Shown here piece after piece: positions 29,099 through 38,931 of a stretch of DNA of 64,000 nt. Source of the stretch: a bacterium (GTDB lineage: Bacteria > SAR324 > NAC60-12). The position numbers were made by a program, and so were the translations under genes. Below the pieces are notes generated by a model, which saw only the letters and a list, made by a program, of their open reading frames with translations, ran no database searches and had not been told where the DNA came from. The DNA lies in contig OZ242383.1 in the NCBI GenBank assembly GCA_965209155.1, positions 896,001 through 960,000 on the forward strand. Direction: 5' to 3'. Position 1 is the stretch's first letter; the number at the start of each line of letters is the position of its first letter.

Positions 29099-29884
29099 TT
29101 GAACTCCCAAAATCCCATTGGACACCACATTATTTGCCTGGAGCAAGTCGATTCAACCAATTCCTTTCTGATGAGGGAAAAGCAATATCTCAAAGAACAT
29201 GGTCTGGTTGTCACTGCAAATTCGCAGCTGGGAGGACGAGGAAGGAGTGGACGCCGCTATATTTCAGTTCCAGGAAAGAATCTGACATTTTCCGTCGTCA
29301 TTCATCCTCCTTCCCACAGGAAGCAAATCGGTGTTTATTCAATATTGGCGGGTATTGCCGTAACACGCGCGTTGTGTCCTTACGTCAACACCCCTCCCCG
29401 GCTCAAATGGCCCAACGACGTCCTGATAGGTAAGCGTAAAATCTGTGGAATTCTCCTTGAAAAAACCAACTTAGCGGGAATGGCTTTCCCTGTTTTAATA
29501 GTTGGCATTGGAATAAATTGCCTCGGTAGTCCGCAAGATTTTCCTCGAGACCTGCAGCATATCCTGACTACCCTTCAAGTAGAATCGTCAAAGAAAATTG
29601 ATCCGGACCTGATTTTCCGCGAAACCCTTTGGCAACTGGAACAAGGGATACGGGAATTAACGGAACAAGGGATTGCCAATCTGCATGAAGAATGGCTCCG
29701 CCTTTCCAATTCCATAGGCGCAGCAGTTCAATACGAGACTTTCGAGGGTTGGGATCATGGCAACATTGCCGGACTGACGACAGAAGGATATTTGTTGATC
29801 CGTCATCACTCGGGGAAACTCGTCACCCATGTCTCCGGCGATGTTCTCTATCGCAAATCTCCTTATGGCATCAATGACCCATGA
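29099..29884 (+). CDS. birA: Biotin-[acetyl-CoA-carboxylase] ligase (no N-terminal HTH)
   Basis: DSTN, QLGGRGRSGR, KWPND, KICGIL, GIGIN. Confidence 0.95.
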   Translation: MNSQNPIGHHIICLEQVDSTNSFLMREKQYLKEHGLVVTANSQLGGRGRSGRRYISVPGKNLTFSVVIHPPSHRKQIGVYSILAGIAVTRALCPYVNTPPRLKWPNDVLIGKRKICGILLEKTNLAGMAFPVLIVGIGINCLGSPQDFPRDLQHILTTLQVESSKKIDPDLIFRETLWQLEQGIRELTEQGIANLHEEWLRLSNSIGAAVQYETFEGWDHGNIAGLTTEGYLLIRHHSGKLVTHVSGDVLYRKSPYGINDP

Positions 29885-30096
29885 GTCCTCACTCATTCGA
29901 ATATCTCCCTTCAGGTTTCCTGATCATACCAATCCACAAAGGCGGCCTGATTCTACCAGATATAGTTAATTTCTGGTAGGGTTACTCACGCCGTATTTTT
30001 GGATAAGCCGTGAGTGAGCATGTTTTAATGTTTCATGTTCTCTTTACAGTCTCATTTTCAAATGCTAACCTCATCAAAGGAAAGGATGCTACCATA

Positions 30097-31509
30097 ATGA
30101 GTACGAACCTCTGTTTTTTGCCAGCAACTGAGCTGGCCCGACTACTTCAGATCAAACAGCTTTCATCTCGCGAGGTCTTGGATGCGCATTTAGCTCAGAT
30201 TGACAAAGTGAACCCGCAAGTGAATGCGATTGTCACCTTTGTCTTCGAGCAAGCACGGGAAAAAGCGGCTCGAGCCGATGAGGCAATGGCACGGGGAGAA
30301 TCTCTGGGCCCGCTCCACGGCCTTCCGGTAGCCCACAAAGACCTGGCCTTAACAAATGGAGTGCGAACCACCTTTGGCTCCCGCATTTATCAAGATTTCG
30401 TACCTGATCAGAATACTTTGATTGTCGAGCGTTTACAGCAAGCCGGAGCGATCATGGTGGGCAAAACCAATGCTCCGGAATTTGGCGCAGGTTCTCAAAC
30501 TTTCAATGAGGTGTTTGGAGAGACCCTCAATCCCTATGATACCCGAAAAACCTGTGGTGGTAGCAGCGGTGGCGCTGCCGTGGCCTTGGCGTGTGGGATG
30601 GTTCCCATTGCCGATGGAGGAGATTTTGGGGGGTCTTTGCGCAATCCGGCCAATTTTTGCAACGTAGTGGGATTCCGGTCATCCCCAGGCCGCGTACCGA
30701 TTTGGCCCACAGAAGCTCCTTGGGCGACCATCCCCATTCATGGGCCGATGGCCCGGACGGTGCAGGACATTGCCCTGGTGATGACTGTAATTGCCGGACC
30801 AGACCCTCGTGTGCCTTTGTCGATAGCGGAACCGGGCAGCGTGTTTGAGCAATCTTTGGAAAGGGATTTTCGAGGGACCCGAATTGCCTGGAGTATGGAT
30901 TTGGGAAAATTGCCTGTGGACCCGCAGGTGAGTCGGGCTTTGGAAGCTCAACGCCATGTGTTCGAGTCCCTGGGATGTCGGATTGAGGAGCAACAGCCCA
31001 ATTTTCGGGATGCCGAGGAAATCTTTCAAACTGAACGCGCTGCGATCTTTGAATTGAGTCGCGGCGACGATTTAACCCACCATCGGAAATTGATCAAAGA
31101 CACCGTGATTTTCGAGATAGAGTCGGGTCAGCAATTGAGCGGCCCCCAATTCACCCGGGCTGCGAAGAAGAAACAGGAAATGCATGAGCGCATGCAGCAT
31201 TTCATGGAGCAATATGAATTTCTCATCCTGCCGGTCAATCAGGTACCGCCCTTTGACGTCTCTCAACGCTACATTGAGGAAATCAATGGGATCCGCCTCA
31301 AAAAATACACCGATTGGATGAGTACTTGCTGGTTCATCAGTATCACCGGATGTCCGGCCATCTCCGTCCCCTGTGGATTTACCCCGGAGGGACTGCCAGT
31401 AGGCATTCAGATTGTTGGCAGGTACCAAGATGAAATCGGTGTCCTGCAAATGGCCTACGCTTTTGAGCAAGTCACGCAATTTTGGAAACAAAGCCCCCCG
31501 ATTGTCTGA
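30097..31509 (+). CDS. Amidase (amidase signature family)
   Basis: GLPVAHKD, GKTN, GGSSGG, GGDFGGSLRNPA. Confidence 0.94.
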   Translation: MSTNLCFLPATELARLLQIKQLSSREVLDAHLAQIDKVNPQVNAIVTFVFEQAREKAARADEAMARGESLGPLHGLPVAHKDLALTNGVRTTFGSRIYQDFVPDQNTLIVERLQQAGAIMVGKTNAPEFGAGSQTFNEVFGETLNPYDTRKTCGGSSGGAAVALACGMVPIADGGDFGGSLRNPANFCNVVGFRSSPGRVPIWPTEAPWATIPIHGPMARTVQDIALVMTVIAGPDPRVPLSIAEPGSVFEQSLERDFRGTRIAWSMDLGKLPVDPQVSRALEAQRHVFESLGCRIEEQQPNFRDAEEIFQTERAAIFELSRGDDLTHHRKLIKDTVIFEIESGQQLSGPQFTRAAKKKQEMHERMQHFMEQYEFLILPVNQVPPFDVSQRYIEEINGIRLKKYTDWMSTCWFISITGCPAISVPCGFTPEGLPVGIQIVGRYQDEIGVLQMAYAFEQVTQFWKQSPPIV

Positions 31510-31762
31510 TGACAGCCTGTTGAAAATTGATTGCTACCTTGTTTTTTCAGAAAAAACGAGGAGGAGCGCCCCTGAGAGCTTTTCCAGACTTGTCTCTGAA
31601 TTGGTAAAATCATCGACAGGTTGAATCGGTTGAAACCGTGGTCGGGAATATCTTCCCTTGCATTTAATCAGAATTTTCGCTATGTTTCGCATTCAATCAA
31701 GTGATTTTGGCAAGAGTTCGATTTTGCGTTAACCAAGCATTCAATTTAAACCTGTCAGACTA

Positions 31763-32758
31763 TTAGGAATTGATGAGAACTTCAGGAGTGGGGGCGTCGG
31801 CAGGTATGAGCCCTTCGTGGCGTAGCTCCTGCCACAGGGCGGGGGGGATGGGATGTGCCATCATCTGGAAGTTCTCTTCCGCTTCCGATTCAGACCGCGA
31901 GCCTGGTATCACTGCTGCGACGGTGGGATGGCCAAAAACGAACTGGAGAGCGGCGGCCTTGAGCGGTACGCCGTGGCGGTCACAGATCGCTTTACAATGC
32001 CTTGCTTGCTCTAAGACTTTGGCCGAGGCCGGCAGTTCGTTGAAGGTCGCGCTCTCTGTCAGGTCGGAGGCCAGAATACCGCTGTTGTACGGGGCGCCGA
32101 TGATGACGCTTATTTTATTCTCTTGGCAGAGAGGAAGGAATTCGGAAAGCGCCGAATGGACAAGAAGGGTATATTGTCCCGGCAGTAGGAAGCAATCGAA
32201 GTCCCCCTCCCGAGCGAAACGGGCCAACATTTCCCATTGGGACATGCCGACGCCGATGGCTGAAATCACACGTTGGGAACGCAACTCTGAAAGGGCCTTG
32301 TAGGCCCCGTTAATCGCCTGGTCGAAATGGTTGTCCGGGTCGTGGATCAAAAGGATGTCGACGTAGTCTAGTTTCAGCCGCTTCAGGCTTCCCTCGATAA
32401 CCCGCATGGTGGTGTCGTAATCGTATATCCAAGGCATCTCGTTCTCCCTGTTCGGTCCAATGACCGCTCCCACCGGAGCAGGCGGCTTTGGTTCCAGTAC
32501 CTTGCCTATTTTGGTGGAAATCGTGAAACTGGACCGTGGGATTTCAGAGAGAACCTTGCCGAGGCGTTGCTCGCTAACACCTCCGCCATATCCTGGTGCC
32601 GTGTCAAAGTAGCTGACACCCAGTTCGATGCATTTGCTGAGAGTTGCGGCGGCCTCTTCGTCGGTAACAAATCGGCCCAACGGTCCACAGCCGGTCCCCA
32701 GCCGTGATACTTTGAGCCCTGTACTTCCAATCTCGACCAATTCCAGTGGGTCCATCAC
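31763..32758 (-). CDS. Aldo/keto reductase (D-threo-aldose 1-dehydrogenase-like)
   Basis: FDTAPGYG, STK, SLKRL...IHDPD, YTLL, AAALQF. Confidence 0.9.
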   Translation of the reverse strand: MMDPLELVEIGSTGLKVSRLGTGCGPLGRFVTDEEAAATLSKCIELGVSYFDTAPGYGGGVSEQRLGKVLSEIPRSSFTISTKIGKVLEPKPPAPVGAVIGPNRENEMPWIYDYDTTMRVIEGSLKRLKLDYVDILLIHDPDNHFDQAINGAYKALSELRSQRVISAIGVGMSQWEMLARFAREGDFDCFLLPGQYTLLVHSALSEFLPLCQENKISVIIGAPYNSGILASDLTESATFNELPASAKVLEQARHCKAICDRHGVPLKAAALQFVFGHPTVAAVIPGSRSESEAEENFQMMAHPIPPALWQELRHEGLIPADAPTPEVLINS

Positions 32759-32865
32759 TTTTTCCTTAACTTAAGTCGCTAGCAATTTCTGAAAGTGCTG
32801 AGGTGTTTAGATCAAATCTCATCTGCTCACTCTATAAAGCGGTTCATTGGATCAATAGGGCCATT

Positions 32866-33942
32866 TTACGGATGTTCTCCGGAGGGAAGGACATCGGCCA
32901 ATTGGTCACGGACCCCGTATTGGTCGAAGAGGACTTCTACCTGAGCCCAAGTGGTGGGATCCACCGGGATGCCTTGGGCCAATCGCTCTTGGCGCGTCTT
33001 GGCGGATCTTTCCCCCGGAAAGAAAACACCGCTCGATCCTTCCATCGGGGGGGTGTCTTGAACGTATCTCATCATCTGTTGGACTTCGGCCCGGATGGTT
33101 TCCAGGGGCGCCATGCGGCCCAGGTCGATGGCGAGTATCGTGGATCCTCCCCAAAAATCAATCTTTCCTGGAGGCAAAGCGATCTGGCCAAGAAGTCCTC
33201 CGAAAAGAGCGATCATGACCGAGAGCGCATATCCCTTGTGGCCCCCTTGCATCCCGCCGACGGGTAGGTGCGCACCTCCATCGAAGAAATCGTTCGGGTT
33301 CCGACTGGGGACCCCATGCTTATCAATGATCCAAGTATCTGGAAGCACCTGTTCCTGGTTACGGTATAACCGTAGCGTCCCATCAGCCGTCATGGAGCTG
33401 GAAAAATCAAGCAGGATAGGGGTGCCTTCGGCATGAGGAAATGCCATCGCTAAAGGGTTCGTCGCCAGTCGGGCCTCGCGTCCTCCAAAGGGAGCCACGG
33501 TAGCGACCGGTCTTCCCGCCCAGCCCGTGAAAAAGATAGCAGCCATGCCAGTCGCTGCTGCCATTGCGGGGTAGGTTCCGATTCGACCCGTATTGGTATG
33601 ATTTCCCATCGTCACCAAGCTGATTCCATGATCACGAGCCTGCTCGATCGCCATTTCGGTCGCTCGTGTGGCAACCACCTGTCCGAAGGTAGAATGGCCA
33701 TCGATCTGGAGGATCGCCCCATGGTTTCCAACGACTTCCGGCTCTGCCTTTGGGTCGACCACGCCTTCCTCAATTTCTTTCAGGTACTGGGGGATGCGAA
33801 GGAACCCATGGGAATCGTATCCCGCAAGATTGGCCTGGGCCAGGTGGTCCGCCACGATACCAGCGTGGCCGGCCGAGGCTCCTCCAGCCTGCAACATCAC
33901 ATCGGTTATCCGGACAATCTGATTTTTCGTTAATATTGGCAT
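32866..33942 (-). CDS. Ldh_2 family (malate/L-lactate/ureidoglycolate-type) oxidoreductase, intact copy A
   Basis: GYDSHG, DGHSTFGQV, TNP, GGHKGYAL, PGE. Confidence 0.92.
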   Translation of the reverse strand: MPILTKNQIVRITDVMLQAGGASAGHAGIVADHLAQANLAGYDSHGFLRIPQYLKEIEEGVVDPKAEPEVVGNHGAILQIDGHSTFGQVVATRATEMAIEQARDHGISLVTMGNHTNTGRIGTYPAMAAATGMAAIFFTGWAGRPVATVAPFGGREARLATNPLAMAFPHAEGTPILLDFSSSMTADGTLRLYRNQEQVLPDTWIIDKHGVPSRNPNDFFDGGAHLPVGGMQGGHKGYALSVMIALFGGLLGQIALPPGKIDFWGGSTILAIDLGRMAPLETIRAEVQQMMRYVQDTPPMEGSSGVFFPGERSAKTRQERLAQGIPVDPTTWAQVEVLFDQYGVRDQLADVLPSGEHP

Positions 33943-33964
33943 GAATAGCTCCTGAGAATTCAGT

Positions 33965-34012
33965 TAAATGGTTCCCCCACTGAAAAAAGCGACCTTGTCT
34001 TTCAGCTTCACG
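33965..34012 (-). pseudogene. 5' stub of an SDR gene (VKLKDKVAFFSGGTI*)
   Basis: Matches the start of the intact SDR at 55096 (MRLKDKVAFFSGGARG); the rest is deleted. Confidence 0.8.
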
Positions 34013-34023
34013 GTTTCCCTTTT

Positions 34024-34704
34024 TTATTGATAATTGATGGTAGTTTGTCTCCCCGCTAACCACTGGATGCCCCGCCCCACTACCGTTCGAAAACCGGGGT
34101 TTGAGTAGGCCTGGTTATCCTCCCCGTTTTGATAGCAGAAAACCCTCGCCTTACCGAAGGTCCGCGTCCACGCGATCGTCTTCATACTCTGGGGATGATC
34201 GGTGGTGAGCAGGATGTGGCTATCCTCGTCCGCGTCATCTATGTGATAGGTCTCGTCGACGATGTCCCACGGCTCCAGTGTGGTCGTGATGGGGTGTTCG
34301 GTGTCCGCGACGTCAATGCGCACGGTCTGGTCAAGGGCGTACGATCCCATATCCCCTCGCGTACGCATTCCGCTAAACTCTCTCCAGAGGGGCCAGTCTG
34401 CAAAGGCCTTCAGCGCGTGATGCAGCAGAAATATCCCCTGTTCCCCATCGCCAAGGCTCTCCAGCGTTTCCTTCATGGCGGCCTCGAATTTGCCATCTTC
34501 TTCAGCGGGCGTGCTTTGGTGATAGTTGAAGAACACGAGTACGTCGTAGGTCCCTGGACCGCGTGCTGAGTCGAAAATGAAGTCCCACATGTTCTGAGGG
34601 TAGGCCTCGATTTCGGGAAGGGAGCGAAGCATGGACTGGAAGCCGACCACGTCATACTCGTGCTCGCCGGTAATCACTGCTGTTTTTATCTTTCCATTCG
34701 TCAT
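34024..34704 (-). CDS. ThuA domain (class I glutamine amidotransferase-like) protein, copy A
   Basis: ITGEHEYD, LLHHA, HPIT, DETY, AWTRTFGKARVF; start MTNGKIK shared with the paralog at 59773. Confidence 0.88.
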   Translation of the reverse strand: MTNGKIKTAVITGEHEYDVVGFQSMLRSLPEIEAYPQNMWDFIFDSARGPGTYDVLVFFNYHQSTPAEEDGKFEAAMKETLESLGDGEQGIFLLHHALKAFADWPLWREFSGMRTRGDMGSYALDQTVRIDVADTEHPITTTLEPWDIVDETYHIDDADEDSHILLTTDHPQSMKTIAWTRTFGKARVFCYQNGEDNQAYSNPGFRTVVGRGIQWLAGRQTTINYQ

Positions 34705-34735
34705 TTTTCTGTCTCCTGTAAATGATGAAGTGCAT

Positions 34736-34841
34736 CCCCCCTTTTTTTCAAAGGGGCGCAGGGGGGATTTTAAGGGTCGATCCAACCAAAAAATCCCGCT
34801 TCCGCGGACGGCCCTAACCCCCTTTTTCTAAGGGGGGAATC
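34736..34841. repeat. REP-like palindromic element (CCCCCTTT...AAAGGGG type, inverted pair)
   Basis: CCCCCCTTTTTTTCAAAGGGG...GGGGGGATTT...AAATCCC...CCCCTTTTTCTAAGGGGGG; absent from the equivalent spacer of copy C. Confidence 0.6.
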
Positions 34842-34908
34842 TGGGAGTGCCCCTCTCCGATAATACAAGGTTAAGTCAAATAATGGAGCGGGTTTGCAAT
34901 CCATCCCT

Positions 34909-35907
34909 TTAGTTGGGCAGCAAGGCCACGGAACGGACCTCGCCAAACTCCTTTTGCAGCTTTTGCCACGAATCACCCCCGTCTTCGCTTACGTACACAT
35001 AGCCGAGGAGGCTGACCGCGACGATTACGTTGGGCCGCTCCTTGTGAGAGCTTATCCAATAGATAAGGGAGTTGGGCGCTACCGGCAGGGACACCCGTTC
35101 CCAACTTTTGCCACCATCCCGGGTGCGCTGCACGGCACCGGTGAAACCGGGAATAGTGTCGCCGTTGCCGACGAACATGACATCGGGGTCATCGGTCTTG
35201 ATTAAGATACCCCGGCAGTAGGACCCGGACTGTGCTTCATGGAACTTGGGGAACTCGTGGTAATCCCAGCTTTCGCCTTCGTCGTGGCTGGTGGCGAGCC
35301 CAAAGGGCGAGGTACAGTAGACTGTGGCACTGGCGCCAGTTTTCAGAGCCACATCGTGAATGTCGCCGTGGAAGGGATTAGGACCCAGGTCGGGCAGGTG
35401 GACCCAGGTGTCGCCACCATCCAGACTTTTGTAAACCCCGTCAACCTCCATGCTAGCCCAGATGGTGCGGTTGTCCCTGGGATCTACGACCATGCGGGTG
35501 GTCCGCGGCGCCCCGATGGGGCAATTCATGTTTACGCCCATATGAAGCTTGCTCCAAGACCTCCCCCCATCCTTGGAGCGGAATCCCTCGGGCCGCGTGC
35601 CCACGAATAGGGTGTCCGGGTCCGTGGGGTCCACAGCCACCGACCAGACCTCGAGGTCCGATGTGGGGGCATCCAGGTTTTCCCAGGTCACGCCACCGTC
35701 TTCACTACGGAAAACGCCCCCGTCGGAACCGGCCAATACCCGCCGGGGGTTGTCCGGATACACGCACAACGCCCTGACGTTGCCTTCATCCGGTATTGTT
35801 TTTCTGGGGTCCAGGCGACCAACATGGGTCCAGGATTCACCGCCGTCTGAACTCACGTTCAGGTCTTGGCCGACGGTGCCGATGAGAAGTGTGTAATCTT
35901 TTGCCAT
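34909..35907 (-). CDS. BNR/Asp-box beta-propeller protein (WD40/YVTN-like, no signal peptide), copy A
   Basis: Seven SxDGGxSW-type Asp boxes; start MAKDY with RBS AGGAG. Confidence 0.88.
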   Translation of the reverse strand: MAKDYTLLIGTVGQDLNVSSDGGESWTHVGRLDPRKTIPDEGNVRALCVYPDNPRRVLAGSDGGVFRSEDGGVTWENLDAPTSDLEVWSVAVDPTDPDTLFVGTRPEGFRSKDGGRSWSKLHMGVNMNCPIGAPRTTRMVVDPRDNRTIWASMEVDGVYKSLDGGDTWVHLPDLGPNPFHGDIHDVALKTGASATVYCTSPFGLATSHDEGESWDYHEFPKFHEAQSGSYCRGILIKTDDPDVMFVGNGDTIPGFTGAVQRTRDGGKSWERVSLPVAPNSLIYWISSHKERPNVIVAVSLLGYVYVSEDGGDSWQKLQKEFGEVRSVALLPN

Positions 35908-36053
35908 ATCACGTCTCCTTATTCGAGTTGTTAAAATAATGTTATTTACGGTCAGAAAATTATATAAATCGGGTGTCATCTCGACGGGGTGGCCTAGACG
36001 CCAAGAGAGATCTTAAGACCCCTCTCCTCCCCAAAGAGTCTCTTTGACAGATG

Positions 36054-37049
36054 TCATATGTCCCTCTTTAGTTCCCTGTACAAGTAGCACGAAGCCTGGT
36101 GATCATCGCCCACTGGGTACAGGGGTGGAGGACGCACGTGACAGATCCGCATGGCGTGGGGACAACGACGGTAGAACTTGCATCCCACCCGATCGCCCTT
36201 TCCCATCTCCTCTTCAACGGAGACCTCTACCTCCTCTTGCCATTTGGCGGAGGGGTCGGGAGTGGGGATGGAGCCGATCAGGAGCTGAGTGTAGGGGTGC
36301 TGAGGGTCATTGATGACTCCGGTGGCATCCCCGGTCTCCGCGACGGACCCCTGGTACAGGATGAAGATCCGGTCGCTGATCTGATACGCGGTGGAGAGGT
36401 CGTGGGTGATAAAGAGGAAGCTAATGCCGAAATCCTCCTTCAGCTTGAGCATGATCTCGAGGATCTGGGCTCTCAGCGAGGCATCGATCATGGAGACCGG
36501 TTCGTCGGCGACAATGAGGCGCGGTTTCAACAGGAAGGCGCGGGCCACGATGATCCGCTGTCTCTGTCCACCCGAGAGTTGATGAGGGTATTTCCTCAAG
36601 ATCTCCTCCGGTCTTAAGCCCACGACCTCCAGCGCCTCCTCGATCATCCTTCTCGACTCCGCCCTGCTGTGGGCCAGCTTAAATCCGGAGACGGCCATAT
36701 TGAACACGTGATCAGCGCGATAGAAGGGGTTAAAGACGGCGTATGGGTCTTGGAAAACGGCCTGGCACTCGCGGCGGTAAGCCATCCGTTCTTTCTTTGA
36801 CATCTTATGAAGGTTACGACCTCGCCAAAAGATTTCACCTGAGCTGGGTCGGATGAAATCGAGAATGAGGCGGGCCAGGGTCGTCTTGCCGCTGCCTGAC
36901 TCTCCGGCGATCGCCGTGATCATCGGTTTCTCGTCGAAGAGAGTCAGGGAGAAGTCTTCCAGGGCGGCCGGAGAGCTACCGAAGACCTTGGTCAGATTTT
37001 TTACTTCGAGAACAGCGTTGTCCCTCTTACTTTCTGTTCGCCTCCTCAT
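36054..37049 (-). CDS. Opp/Dpp-family ABC ATPase (OppF-like)
   Basis: [25 protein letters not shown]-terminal Cys cluster. Confidence 0.94.
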   Translation of the reverse strand: MRRRTESKRDNAVLEVKNLTKVFGSSPAALEDFSLTLFDEKPMITAIAGESGSGKTTLARLILDFIRPSSGEIFWRGRNLHKMSKKERMAYRRECQAVFQDPYAVFNPFYRADHVFNMAVSGFKLAHSRAESRRMIEEALEVVGLRPEEILRKYPHQLSGGQRQRIIVARAFLLKPRLIVADEPVSMIDASLRAQILEIMLKLKEDFGISFLFITHDLSTAYQISDRIFILYQGSVAETGDATGVINDPQHPYTQLLIGSIPTPDPSAKWQEEVEVSVEEEMGKGDRVGCKFYRRCPHAMRICHVRPPPLYPVGDDHQASCYLYRELKRDI

Positions 37050-38038
37050 TCTCCCCCCTCTCCTGCTGTCTCAACATCGCCATGGTAGAGATGGCATGCG
37101 ACGAATCTTCCAGGTTTGACCTCCCGGAACTCCGGTACCTGCTCCCGGCATTCCTCCATGGCCTCGGGGCATCTCGGGTGGAAGCTACAGCCGGGAGGGG
37201 GAAAGAGCAGGGTGGGGGGGAGTCCGGGGATCCCCAGCAGTTTTTTCTTCTCCTTGACCGAGGGCACCGAGGCGATGAGCAGTTGGGTGTAGGGATGGAG
37301 GGGGTCGTTATAGATATCCTCCACAGCGCTGACCTCGGCCACCTTACCGGCATACATGACGGCGAGCCGATCGACCAACTGGGCCAGGTAGCCCATGTCG
37401 TGTCCGATAATCATGAGCGATGCCACCAAACGTTCCTGGACCTTGACGAGGGTTTGGGTAACGACGCGCTGCATCACCACATCGAGGGCGCCTGTCGGCT
37501 CGTCGGCGATGATGACCTGGGGCTCGAGGACGATGGCCATGGCGATGCAGACCCGCTGCTTCATCCCTCCTGAGAGCTCATGGGGGTACATACGGTAGAC
37601 CCGGCTCGGCAGGCCGACCAGGCCCAGGAGCTCTGTGATTCGCTCCTTCATATCCCCCCGTTCCCGGGAGGCGGTATGAGCCTTGATCGCGTCGGCGACC
37701 TGGCTCCCCACCCTCACCACCGGATTGAGCGAATTCATAGAACCCTGGGGGACGAAGGAGATGCGGCTCCAGCGCACAGATCTCAGCTCCTCATCGTTTA
37801 AGTCGAGAACCTCCGTGCCGTCCAGGCCTATCCTCCCTCCCTCGATGGCAGCAGGCGGTTTGATGAGCCGGAGGAGGGACATGGCCAGGGTCGATTTGCC
37901 GCACCCCGACTCGCCGACAATCCCGAAGCGCTCTCCTTTCTTAACGCTGAGGCTGACTCCGTCCACCGCCTTGATCGGCCCGCGCTCGGTCCAGTAGTAG
38001 ACTTTGAGGTCCTCGATTTCGAGTGCCGATCCGCTCAT
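37046..38038 (-). CDS. Opp/Dpp-family ABC ATPase (OppD-like)
   Basis: GESGCGKS, LSGGMKQR, ADEPT, HPYT, CSFHPRC. Confidence 0.94.
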   Translation of the reverse strand: MSGSALEIEDLKVYYWTERGPIKAVDGVSLSVKKGERFGIVGESGCGKSTLAMSLLRLIKPPAAIEGGRIGLDGTEVLDLNDEELRSVRWSRISFVPQGSMNSLNPVVRVGSQVADAIKAHTASRERGDMKERITELLGLVGLPSRVYRMYPHELSGGMKQRVCIAMAIVLEPQVIIADEPTGALDVVMQRVVTQTLVKVQERLVASLMIIGHDMGYLAQLVDRLAVMYAGKVAEVSAVEDIYNDPLHPYTQLLIASVPSVKEKKKLLGIPGLPPTLLFPPPGCSFHPRCPEAMEECREQVPEFREVKPGRFVACHLYHGDVETAGEGGE

Positions 38039-38931
38039 GCCGTCACTCCTCGCCTTAACCTGGGATTGAAGACCTCGTCCAGGCCTATGTTAACCAGCTG
38101 GAGACCGATGAATATCAACACGATGACGAAAATGGGCGGAAAGACCCACCACAGGACACCACGGATCAAGGCCGCACGCTCCATGGCCCAGTAGACCATG
38201 GTACCCAGGGTTATTGTATTCTGAGGCCCCAGGCCTAAAAGCTCCAGGAATACCTCAGCCAGGATAGCCGCTGAAATGGCGTTGGCCAAAGTCGTGCTGA
38301 CATAGGGAAGCATATTGGGTAGCACCTCTTTAAACACGATTTTCATATCGCTGAGACCGGAGAGTCTGGCCATATTTATGTATTCCCGCTTCCTGGAACT
38401 GAGAACCTGCGCCCGAAAGGTTCTGGCAGGAAATGGCCAGGCGAATATCGCTAAAATTAACACCATATACGGTACCGTCATATACCTCACGAAAGATGAC
38501 AGGACGACGAGTAAGGGGATGGTTGGGATGACCAGAAAGACATCAGTAACGCTCCTTAAGAGATCATCGACCCAACCCCCTTTGTAGCCGCTTATGATGC
38601 CCACGGTTATGCCCACCAGGAGGCCGGCTAACCCGGTAAAAATCCCGATGATGAGCGATTGCCTTAAGCCATGGATTAATTGATCGAAAACATCCCTGCC
38701 GAGGGTATCGGTGCCTAAGAGGTGCTCAAGAGAGGGGGGGCGATCTAAGGGGTGCAATCCTACGGCTGATGCGTCGTACGGGGCGATAACGGGGGCCAGC
38801 GCGGCAATCAGTAGAAGACAAAATATGATTGTAAATCCGGCAGAAAGCCTTGCGTTTCTTCGAAAGACGAAGTTCAAGGTTCCTTTAAAAGCATCGAAAA
38901 CATCCCCTCCGGAGACCGCGACATTCAACAT
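38035..38931 (-). CDS. Opp/Dpp-family ABC permease (OppC-like)
   Basis: HLLGTDTLGRD, EAA-like loop EYINMARLSG, TM helices. Confidence 0.93.
   Translation of the reverse strand: MLNVAVSGGDVFDAFKGTLNFVFRRNARLSAGFTIIFCLLLIAALAPVIAPYDASAVGLHPLDRPPSLEHLLGTDTLGRDVFDQLIHGLRQSLIIGIFTGLAGLLVGITVGIISGYKGGWVDDLLRSVTDVFLVIPTIPLLVVLSSFVRYMTVPYMVLILAIFAWPFPARTFRAQVLSSRKREYINMARLSGLSDMKIVFKEVLPNMLPYVSTTLANAISAAILAEVFLELLGLGPQNTITLGTMVYWAMERAALIRGVLWWVFPPIFVIVLIFIGLQLVNIGLDEVFNPRLRRGVTA

Noticed and set aside
34705..34785. N-terminal extension of ThuA copy A
   Set aside because: Derived from the REP-like palindrome; the paralog starts at MTNGK
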